NCBI GenBank assembly: GCA_041489255.1
Contig: JBGPQV010000030.1
Span: forward strand, 1 to 23,059
Direction of reading: 5' to 3'
Length of the DNA stretch: 23,059 nucleotides
Origin: Thermoplasmata archaeon
Lineage (GTDB): Archaea > Thermoplasmatota > Thermoplasmata > RBG-16-68-12 > JAFNFQ01
Positions within the stretch are counted from its first letter, which is position 1, and each line of letters starts with the position of its first letter. The translations under genes were made by a program, and so were the position numbers. Below are positions 9,329-17,370 of this stretch, one piece after another. The notes below the pieces were generated by a model. The model made no database searches. It was not told where the DNA came from and saw only the letters and a list, made by a program, of their open reading frames with translations.

Positions 9329-10426
9329 TCAGTAAGTCTTCCCGGGATTCTCCTGCACAAGCGTAATAAGAGCCCTGATTCGCTCTACAAACTTGCTATC
9401 GTCAAACATCTTGGCTCTGCTGATGCATTTGTCTTTCATTGCCTCCAAGTCCTCTTCCTTGAGTGACTTGATTTTCTCGGCGAACGCATTGACGTCGGCC
9501 GGCAAGAGCCATCCGGTTTCGCCATCGACCACGGTCTCGCGGTATCCGCCTTCATCGGTAGCCAGAACGGCTTTGCCTGACGCCATGGCTTCAATCGGGG
9601 TTAACCCGAAGTCCTCATCTATGGCGGCTGTGATGAAACCCTTGCAGCGGGCATACAGGTCCTCAAGCGTTTTCTGATCGACCGCCCCGGTCAGTTTCAC
9701 ATTTGGCGGCACGTTCAGTTGCGAGACATACCGGCGAGGCCCCTCTTCGCTTTCGGTGTCTCCGACTATCAGAAGCTTCTCTTGTGGTAGCCGCCTGAAG
9801 ATTTCCAATTGCAGGTCTATTCGCTTTTCAGGAAAGAATCTGTTGACCGCCAACCAGTAGTCACCAATCTCGTCGAATCGAAATCTGCTAGTCGCTACCG
9901 GCGCATAGACCTTGACCGATTCGCGCCCATAATATTTCCTTATTCGCTGCCTCACGTTTTCGCTATTGGTGGCGATTAAGTTCATTCGACTTACCGCCGT
10001 CTGGTCCCACATGGTATGAACCTTGATCCACGTCCTAACAACCATCCTTCCCCGTGGACGAATGCTGTTGATTTGTCGCTCCTTGAGATCATAAAACATA
10101 CGAACCGGTTGTTGACAAAGGTAGATGTTGGGTTGGTGAGATTTTCCAGCGCAGCAACTCCAGTTCCCGGAGAAAAGATAGAAATCGTAGTTGTCGAAGT
10201 CGGCCCCCGCGAAGAGAAGACAAGTTTGAACCTGATGGACTATCCAGAAGTCAGTAACGCTGCCGATATCAATGACACGAACATGTTCCGCGTCGGCAAG
10301 CTTCAGCACATCTGGGTTGAAGCAGGTGGTGATGACGTCGGCATCGAAGGTTTTCGCAAGGCAGAAAACCACCTTTTCTGCGCCGCCAATGCTGGTCATG
10401 CAATCATGAAATATAGCCACCCGCAA
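9329..10426 (-). CDS. Glycosyltransferase family 4 (GT-B)
   Basis: N-terminal GGAEKV and the EX7E motif EDFGLTPIEAMASGK. TTG start preceded by AAAGGAG. Confidence 0.9.
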   Translation of the reverse strand: MRVAIFHDCMTSIGGAEKVVFCLAKTFDADVITTCFNPDVLKLADAEHVRVIDIGSVTDFWIVHQVQTCLLFAGADFDNYDFYLFSGNWSCCAGKSHQPNIYLCQQPVRMFYDLKERQINSIRPRGRMVVRTWIKVHTMWDQTAVSRMNLIATNSENVRQRIRKYYGRESVKVYAPVATSRFRFDEIGDYWLAVNRFFPEKRIDLQLEIFRRLPQEKLLIVGDTESEEGPRRYVSQLNVPPNVKLTGAVDQKTLEDLYARCKGFITAAIDEDFGLTPIEAMASGKAVLATDEGGYRETVVDGETGWLLPADVNAFAEKIKSLKEEDLEAMKDKCISRAKMFDDSKFVERIRALITLVQENPGKTY

Positions 10427-10647
10427 GGCGACACTTCTCCTTTCTTTCTAGTTGGATTACCACTGTCATTCTTAAGGTTTCTCGTTCCAAGAAGGTGAGA
10501 CTCTGCGAGACGACTAGCCACAACCGTATTTCAAAAGGGATACCATTGCTGAAAGGGAAGCAGCCGAGTACCGAGTCACGCCAACACTCTCCGCACTTGT
10601 CACCGAGGCGCAATCTCTTAAGACGCCGGTCGCTTAACGCAGTAAGA

Positions 10648-11649
10648 ATGGCCGCCCAGACTCCTCTGGTATATGTCGTCATACCCAACTGGAACGGCAA
10701 ACACTTCCTTTCAGACAGCCTAGAAGCACTCAGAGAACAGTCCTATCCAAACATCGAGATAATATTGGTTGACAATGGGTCCACGGATGGGTCGGTAGAG
10801 TATGTTCGCGCAGAGTTTCCAGAAGTCCATCTCATAACCCATACCAAGAACCTCGGCTTCGCTGAAGGGACGAACGCCGGGATTCGCGCAGCGAAAGGGC
10901 GATGGATAGCCACCCTCAACAACGACACTTGGGCCGAACCCGAATGGGTCGCCGAGTCTCTGAAAGCGATAACCTGGGGAAAGAAGATTGGCGTGGTTGC
11001 GAGCAGAATTGTGTTCATGTCCAATCCGCACCTGATGAATTCGGCGGGAATATGGTTCGACTACACGGGGAGAGCATGAGATATTGGGTTCGGGCTGCAT
11101 TTTGGCGGAGACTTCACCAGACCTCTTGAAGTGTTCGCCCCATCTTCGGGCGCGGCCCTCTACAGCTCCGAGATGCTGCGCGAGATTGGCTTGTTTGATT
11201 CCTCTTTCTTTGCGTATTATGAGGACCTTGACTTGGCCTGGCGGGCCAGACTTCGCGGATGGAGATGTGTCTATTGTCCAACCGCAATCGTTCAGCATTA
11301 CTACGCAGGGACATCAAGACCGGGGTCTTATTTCATGGAGTACCATTGTCAAAGGAACAGAATAACAGTCATGCTTCGTTATGAGCCCCTCCGGTACCTG
11401 CTGCGAGCCGCCCCATCAATCATGTACAATATCTTTGGAACATTGGTTGAGAAGTCGAGGACTGGCTCCAGCGCAACCTTCGATGGCTTTCGAAGCAGCG
11501 TCGGCATGTGGTGGGAGTCGATAGGGAACCGGCTTGCGGCTCGGGCTGGTGCTATTGTCAAGTCTGCCACTCTGTTCGACGCCTTTGGCAGGGGCACGAA
11601 ATACTACGACCTTCAAAAGGACGGGGCGGAAAAGTCCAGAAACAGTTAA
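10648..11649 (+). pseudogene. Glycosyltransferase family 2 interrupted by an in-frame TGA at 11077-11079
   Basis: ORFs 10495..11079 and 11131..11649 share one frame. VVIPNWNG, VDNGSTDGS, NLGFAEG and LNND lie before the stop; GAALY, FDSSFFAYYEDLDLAWRARLRG lie after it. Confidence 0.85.
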
Positions 11650-11687
11650 TAATCTTGAACAGATGCAATCATGTCAGGAGGACAAAG

Positions 11688-12141
11688 ATGATTGAAGGCG
11701 TGAAGGTCAGACAACTTAGACAGATACATGACGAGCGAGGCTATCTTATGGAGATGCTCCGCCATGATTGGCCGGAGTTTGAGAAGTTCGGATAGTGCTA
11801 CATCACCATCGCCTATCCAGACGTGGTCAAGGGATGGCACTATCACAAGATACAGACAGATCATTTCGTCGTCGTGAAAGGCACCGCCAAGGTCGTATGC
11901 CATGATGACCGAGAAGGATCCAAAACAAAGGGAGAGATCAACGAGTTCTTCCCCGGAGAAAGAAATCCAATGTTGATCAAGATTCCGCCCTTAGTAGTCC
12001 ACGGGTTCAAAGCGATTGGCGGCGAGGCTGCCTATTTGGTGAACATTCCGACTGACCTTTACAGGTACGAGAGGCCGGACGAAAAGGGTAACGTACAACT
12101 CCCCTGCAGTGCCATACGACTGGTCGCTCAAGATGGGTTAG
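11688..12141 (+). pseudogene. rmlC: dTDP-4-dehydrorhamnose 3,5-epimerase family (RmlC-like cupin), disrupted by a TAG at 11793-11795 and a frameshift near 12085-12090
   Basis: MIEGV..DERG..EKFG*CYIT..VVKGWHYH..IPPLVVHGF. The family-like C-terminus YNSPAVPYDWSLKMG* lies in the +1 frame. CAGGAGGA SD upstream. Confidence 0.85.
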
Positions 12142-12179
12142 GTGGTGCATGGGCCAGAGATTCCTCTCGTAATCCGAGG

Positions 12180-12605
12180 CTACTCCCATCATTCAGCGCC
12201 CATCGAAGGCGCAGAAGCGCACTGGATCTTCCGGCCAGTGTCTTCCTCTTCGGCCTTCAGTCGAGTAGCTATTGCTCGAAGCTGTGAGAACGAAGACTTC
12301 CCTATGGGCGCAACCATCTTCCCACCCACTTTCGTCTGAGCAATCCATGGCCTAGGTATCCCAGGAAGGGCGCCAGAGCAAGGAATGCCGGCTTGGGACA
12401 ATCGCCCAGAGATCAGAGTCACGCGTCTGAACCGTGCTATCTTCAGCAACCTCAGAACACAGGAACCAAGGCACCGAATAGAAAACTCAATTCTAGGACA
12501 CTACTGCCCAGAGCCCGAGGTGAGCCATGTAAGGAGCCTCAGGGGTTGGATTGCCGCGTCAACGATATTCATGTCAGGCCAAACAAATGGGACACTGATG
12601 GAGGC
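12180..12605 (-). pseudogene. Highly degenerate protein-L-isoaspartate O-methyltransferase (Pcm)-like relic
   Basis: One frame reads SISVP...TSGSGQ*...VTLISG...ALPGIPRPWIAQTKVGGKMVAPIG..SQL...APSMGAE*WE*. This resembles recalled Pcm motifs (TISxP, GTGSG, APxIPxPLIEQLKxGGKxxxPVG) in the correct order. Internal stops at 12501 and 12189. Confidence 0.5.
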
Positions 12606-12744
12606 TGTAACGAAGAACCGCTTGACGGTCGGCGGAGGATTCGAGCATCTCAAGGCATAGAGATTCGTGACAACTTGGATGCAGCTGTATGCTCAGACAG
12701 TCGCCAAGACATGTGTGATCCTACGGTTGCTCTGTCCACTTCTG

Positions 12745-13866
12745 TCAACCGCTGCGCGGATCGAGTTGGCGGTATAGACTCAACAGTTCCTTGGCGCTCT
12801 TGTCCCAGTTGAACTGTTCCGCCCGGTGTTGGCCGCGGACGGAGAGATCAGCCCTCAGTTCGCTGTCGCGGAGGACCCGCGAGACCGCTGCGAGCACCGA
12901 ATCTTCATCGGTGGGAGGAACGAGAATCGCCGCGTCTCCAGCCACCTCAGGAATTGCCGTCGTGTTCGAAGCTACGACTGGAGTGCCACACGCCATTGCC
13001 TCCAGGACCGGCATGCCAAAGCCTTCATAAAGCGAGGGGAATACGAACACGTCGGCTGCCGAATACGCCGCAGCCATGAAACCGTCCGGCACGAAGTCTA
13101 AGAATAATGCTTGATCGGCAAGCCCCGCCGAAGAGAGTTCCTTGAGAAGCTGCTCGCGTACCGGATGGCCCAGAATCTCTTCCGCTCGTCCAACCTTGAT
13201 GAGTGCCAGGTCGGGGAATTCCTTCCGGGCCTTGATGAATGTTCGCACGACCATGGGGACGTTCTTGCGAGGCTGTTCGGAGCCCACATAGAGCATGTAT
13301 CTCCTCTCTTCTGGGAGCCCGAAGTGTTTCAGGAATACCCGCCGATCGACCGGATGAAAATGCGTGCGGTCTACACCGTGTTGAATCACTTGGACTCGCT
13401 TCGGCTTGAAGGATTTCTTGATGTCTTCCGCGGTGCGTGCCGAGGGCGTCAGAACGACATCCGCATTCATCGTTCCGGTCAAGTACGTCCTGACAAATGC
13501 TTTATGCGCCGCAGTGGGCCAGTACTCGGGCATCAGGTACTCGATGATGTCATAGCAGATGATGACCGAGGGAGAGAAGTCGTTCAGGTGTAGAATCATG
13601 CCGAGCCTCTGGTTGTGTATCTGAACAATCGAATCCTCGCGGCGCTTCAGCCAAGCCTTGACACCGTAAGGAAATCGGCTCAGGGGTGTCATCGCAGTCA
13701 TGTGTTTCGACAGATCGGGCAGCACGTAGTCCAATTCCCTGCCGTCGATGTGGGCATCGAGGCGCGTCTTGAAGTTCGTGTACGAGCGATCCATGGCATC
13801 GCGCGGCCGGTTCCGCTCGCCAACCAAGAAATCGACGCGCGGGCGACGGTCAGCGTTGGCCATCAT
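12745..13866 (-). CDS. Glycosyltransferase family 4 (GT-B)
   Basis: YVGSEQPRKN and FVFPSLYEGFGMPVLEAMACGTPVV. ATG 13866 or 13863 lies about 21-24 bp downstream of a TATA-like TTTTTAAC (13886-13893, minus strand). Confidence 0.9.
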   Translation of the reverse strand: MMANADRRPRVDFLVGERNRPRDAMDRSYTNFKTRLDAHIDGRELDYVLPDLSKHMTAMTPLSRFPYGVKAWLKRREDSIVQIHNQRLGMILHLNDFSPSVIICYDIIEYLMPEYWPTAAHKAFVRTYLTGTMNADVVLTPSARTAEDIKKSFKPKRVQVIQHGVDRTHFHPVDRRVFLKHFGLPEERRYMLYVGSEQPRKNVPMVVRTFIKARKEFPDLALIKVGRAEEILGHPVREQLLKELSSAGLADQALFLDFVPDGFMAAAYSAADVFVFPSLYEGFGMPVLEAMACGTPVVASNTTAIPEVAGDAAILVPPTDEDSVLAAVSRVLRDSELRADLSVRGQHRAEQFNWDKSAKELLSLYRQLDPRSG

Positions 13867-14010
13867 CTCGCGCAACCCCAGAAGGGTTAAAAAGGTGATG
13901 CCGCACGCGCAGTGGACAATCAGTTCCCGATGGCGGCGCGTCTCGTCGGCCGTCAGGGGTCGCTGCCCTGCTTCCCCGCTGCAGGCTCAGCATTTCGGTC
14001 GGAGCCTATC

Positions 14011-14763
14011 TTATCTCTGCTGCCGCTCGATCATCCCCATGAGCAGTGCACATGCAAGGAGGACGCGACGGTCGAAGTACGGAGGGACTTGTATGCAGTT
14101 GATGTCCCAGATGTCGCCCACCATCTTGAACTGCTGGTTGATATCCGCGACTGGGTAGTTATTCAGGGTCAGCTGGGTCTTGATCGGCACCAGCGAACCG
14201 CCAGGCATCCACCTCCGCATCGCGCCGGTGCTCTTGTTCTCGTAGATGCCCCCGATGAGATTCTTGAAACGGTCGAATATCTCCCATTCGCTCCTCGCCC
14301 ACATCGAAGACAGGGCCTTCCTCTTTACGTAGCCGAGCACCTGGTTCGTCCGCGAGTCGGTGACCGCGCAGGTCATCCAGATATCGAGGATCTCCTGCTG
14401 TTGTATCTTGAACAGCTCGGTCTTCATCGTCTCGTCCGTGAAGATCCGGATGTCCTCCTTCAGCTTGAACGCCTTCTGCTTGGCGTATCCCAGCGTCCTC
14501 TCCTGGGAATCCTGGATCCAGTACTGGTTCGTTAGGGCCAGGACCTTCTTGCGGATCTTGTAGTTGTTCTGCGCCCAGATACCGGTGAGTGCCGCATTCA
14601 CCGCCTGATGTGCGGCGACCTGCCCCGAGGATTGTTGAACGGCCATCTGCGCAGGCTGCATGACAGGCTGCGTCTGCCTGTACTGCTTGCAGCTTTTACA
14701 CCACCACTTCTGGTTCTTCTCCCAAAACATCATCGGCTTCCCACACACTGGACAGTTGCTCAT
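14011..14763 (-). CDS. N-terminal Zn-ribbon + Gln-rich linker + LURP-one/scramblase (Tubby-like) domain protein
   Basis: CPVC-X13-CKSC. Repeated beta-hairpin pattern (KQKAFKLKEDIRIF, WEIFD, INQQFKMVGDIWDI) and the terminal helix DRRVLLACALLM are typical of the LURP/scramblase fold. GGAGG SD. Confidence 0.7.
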   Translation of the reverse strand: MSNCPVCGKPMMFWEKNQKWWCKSCKQYRQTQPVMQPAQMAVQQSSGQVAAHQAVNAALTGIWAQNNYKIRKKVLALTNQYWIQDSQERTLGYAKQKAFKLKEDIRIFTDETMKTELFKIQQQEILDIWMTCAVTDSRTNQVLGYVKRKALSSMWARSEWEIFDRFKNLIGGIYENKSTGAMRRWMPGGSLVPIKTQLTLNNYPVADINQQFKMVGDIWDINCIQVPPYFDRRVLLACALLMGMIERQQR

Positions 14764-14921
14764 GGTGTCACTTTCCTCCCTTGCCTCTTCCCATTTTCCG
14801 AGTCTCGGACCCTCTCACTCTTTCCCTGCCCATAGCCTCGGGAATCGGCCTCCCAACTAACGCTGGATGGGTTCTTAGAACTTTGGATGCCACCGCCGGG
14901 AGTTGCGCGGCGTGCAACGCC

Positions 14922-15494
14922 TTACTTCAGCTTCTCGGCCCAGTACTTGACATTCTCCTTGTAGATGTCCCTGCCGCTCACGTCGTTTGCGACGATTGCG
15001 GGGAAGTCCTCGACCTTGAATTCCCAGAGCGCTTCGGTCCCGAGCTCGGGCCAGGCTGCGACCTTCGCCGCCTTGATCTTGCTGGCGAGAGTCGCGCCGA
15101 GTCCCCCGATCGCCACGAGATAGACCGCCTTGTTCTTCACCATCGACTTCACCACGGGCTCTGCTCGCGTCCCCTTGCCGACGGTCGCCTTCACGCCATA
15201 ATCGTACATCCGCGGCGCGTACGCGTCCATGCGTCCGGAAGTGGTCGGTCCAGCCGCTCCTATTGGTCTTCCCTTGGGAGCTGGCGTCGGCCCGACGTAG
15301 TAGAGGATCTGCCCGCGCAGGTCGACCGGGAGGGGCTGCCCCTTGTCCAGCATCTCGACCATGTTCTTGTGCGCGGCGTCCCTGCATCCGTACATCAGCC
15401 CGGTGATCGACACCTTGTCGCCGATCTTGAGGGGCATCAGATCTGAGTCCTTCAGCGGGGGCTTCAGCTTGTACAGCTTCGATTCGCTCATCAT
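14922..15494 (-). CDS. Fe-S hydro-lyase, class I fumarate hydratase/tartrate dehydratase beta subunit
   Basis: RDAAH, YYVGP, AGPTTSGRM, GKG and LGTEALW..VEDFP motifs. Start overlaps the alpha-subunit stop and has a GGAGG SD. The track's 16034 start is spurious. Confidence 0.92.
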   Translation of the reverse strand: MMSESKLYKLKPPLKDSDLMPLKIGDKVSITGLMYGCRDAAHKNMVEMLDKGQPLPVDLRGQILYYVGPTPAPKGRPIGAAGPTTSGRMDAYAPRMYDYGVKATVGKGTRAEPVVKSMVKNKAVYLVAIGGLGATLASKIKAAKVAAWPELGTEALWEFKVEDFPAIVANDVSGRDIYKENVKYWAEKLK

Positions 15495-16333
15495 AGCACC
15501 GCCTCCTTGTGCCTGTGGGCGTGACAGTCGATGTTGACCGCCACAGGGAGGGCGCCTATGTGGCACGGCAGCGCCTCGATGTGCACCGCCAACGCGGTCG
15601 TCGAACCTCCGAGTCCTTGCGGGCCGACTCCCGACTTGTTGATCTCCTTCAGCCAGTCCTCCTCCAGTTTGGCGTAGTACGGGTCTTTGTTCTTGTCCTT
15701 CAGGGGCCTGTATAGTGACTTTTTCGCAATCTCTGCCACGGTCTCGAGGTTCCCGCCAATCCCGACGCCGACGACGAGCGGCGGGCAGGGGTTCGAGCCT
15801 CCCTGGGTCACCACCTCGAGGACGAAGTTCTTGACGCCCTCCATCCCCGCCGACGGAGTGAGTATCCTCATCCGGCTCATGTTCTCCGAGCCCGTGCCCT
15901 TCGCACCTACGGTCAGCTTCATCTTGTCGCCCAGGACCATGTCGATGTGGATTATCGCGGGAGTGTTGTCGCCCGTGTTGCCCCGCCTCAGCGGGTCCTT
16001 CGCGACCGAGGCGCGCAGCAATCCTTCCTTGCACGCCCGGCCCACGCCCTGGTTAATGGCTTCCTTCAGGCCAGGACGGTCGAACCTGACCTCTTCCCCG
16101 AGCTCAACATAGACCACCGCCAGACCGGTGTCCTGGCAGATCGGGAGCCACTCCTTCTCCGCGATCTCGGCGTTCTCCGAGATCATCTGGAGGATCTCCC
16201 TGCCTTGCGGGTTCACCTCGGTCTTCGCGGCATCCTTGAAAGCCTTCCTCATGTCATCGTTCAGATTGTAGCACGCGTCTATGTACAACTTGCAGATCGT
16301 GTCACGGATGGTATCGAGCGAAATCGTGCGCAT
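15491..16333 (-). CDS. Fe-S hydro-lyase, class I fumarate hydratase/tartrate dehydratase alpha subunit
   Basis: PICQDTG, NTGDNTP, KGTGSEN, NPCPP, GPQGLGG, PCHI and CHAHR (Fe-S cysteines). Confidence 0.93.
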   Translation of the reverse strand: MRTISLDTIRDTICKLYIDACYNLNDDMRKAFKDAAKTEVNPQGREILQMISENAEIAEKEWLPICQDTGLAVVYVELGEEVRFDRPGLKEAINQGVGRACKEGLLRASVAKDPLRRGNTGDNTPAIIHIDMVLGDKMKLTVGAKGTGSENMSRMRILTPSAGMEGVKNFVLEVVTQGGSNPCPPLVVGVGIGGNLETVAEIAKKSLYRPLKDKNKDPYYAKLEEDWLKEINKSGVGPQGLGGSTTALAVHIEALPCHIGALPVAVNIDCHAHRHKEAVL

Positions 16334-16373
16334 TCGGACCTACTCCAGATTTGCGGATTACAGGACCGCCCTT

Positions 16374-16403
16374 AACCCTAACTACATTACAGTAGATAGG
16401 GTT
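16374..16403. promoter_or_regulatory. 30-bp inverted repeat upstream of the class I fumarase operon (operator or hairpin)
   Basis: AACCCTAACTAC-attaca-GTAGATAGGGTT; 11 of 12 arm positions are complementary. Confidence 0.5.
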
Positions 16404-16451
16404 CTAATCGCCAATATCCGCCCCTTGAAGGAACTGACCGGTGAAACCGCG

Positions 16452-17258
16452 TCAGCGTCTCTTCGCGACGGTCACGATCTGCGACTTCTCCGGGGCCGTG
16501 ATGTCGATTCGGTTGCCGTCGTAGTCGGCGGACGACGAGACGACCTCCCACCCCGTCGACTCCAGGAGCTCCTTCAAGTCAGCGGGGCCGTAAATGCGGT
16601 GGTCGACCTTGAACACCCCTTCCGGTCTGAGGTGGGGCCCGACGATGCGGTAGTACTCCCACCTGTTGACCATGTAGGACCGCTCCGCGTCGAACTCCCT
16701 GTCCTCGAGGACCAGCACGTTTCCCGCCATCTCATACCCTTTCTTCTCGAAGTGGCGGAGAATCCAGTCGCGGTTGGTCGTGTCGAGGATGAAGACCCCG
16801 CCTCTGGCGGTGTGCCTCACGAGGACCTCGAACGTTCTTCTGTCCGCGTCCTTTCCGTAGTAGCCCATCGAGGTGAATGCGCTCAGGATACCTCGGAACG
16901 GCTTCTCATTCGAGATGGCTGATTCGATGTCCCGATAGTCGCCAACTATGAACTTCGTCCGCCTCGTGACATTCTTCGACGCCGCGTATCTCCTGGCTCT
17001 CCTGACATAATCGGGTGACATGTCTACGCCGACGACGTCGTACCCTTGCTTGGCGAGGGGTACCGCCATCCTTCCAATCCCGCAGCAGAGGTCGAGGATG
17101 CGCGACCCAGAGCGGATACCGTGCTTTCTGAGGAGCCTCGCGACAGCTGCAGCTTCCTTGAGGCCCGCCTTCTTCCTTTCCTCAAGGAATGGCAGGAACA
17201 GGTACGGCTTCTCGACGAACAGCTTCTGCGTCCAGTGGCCCGAGCCTTTCCTCACCAT
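16452..17258 (-). CDS. Class I SAM-dependent methyltransferase
   Basis: ILDLCCGIGR, VVGVDMS, FTSMGY and GGVFILD. ATG 17258 is preferred over TTG 17330, with a TTTAT element about 28 bp upstream. Confidence 0.85.
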   Translation of the reverse strand: MVRKGSGHWTQKLFVEKPYLFLPFLEERKKAGLKEAAAVARLLRKHGIRSGSRILDLCCGIGRMAVPLAKQGYDVVGVDMSPDYVRRARRYAASKNVTRRTKFIVGDYRDIESAISNEKPFRGILSAFTSMGYYGKDADRRTFEVLVRHTARGGVFILDTTNRDWILRHFEKKGYEMAGNVLVLEDREFDAERSYMVNRWEYYRIVGPHLRPEGVFKVDHRIYGPADLKELLESTGWEVVSSSADYDGNRIDITAPEKSQIVTVAKRR

Positions 17259-17370
17259 AATCGGAGATGAAGGCAAGTCCGAGTCGATAAATGCTTCCAC
17301 AAACACCGCCGCGAAGGTCTTGAGCAACACCCTTTAGAACCGCGGATGCCTTGGGCCTGACGGTGTGAGA

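Noticed and set aside
11077-11795. Stop-codon recoding (Sec at TGA 11077, Pyl at TAG 11793) as a genetic-code system
   Set aside because: The two stops differ. TGA and TAG both terminate intact genes in this window (e.g. top6A TGA, ALDH TAG). rmlC also has a frameshift, the positions are not catalytic Cys-like sites, and no Sec/Pyl machinery is visible here.
15495-16034. N-terminal 180-aa extension of the fumarase beta ORF
   Set aside because: It is an alternate frame of the alpha subunit; the real start at 15494/15491 has its own SD.
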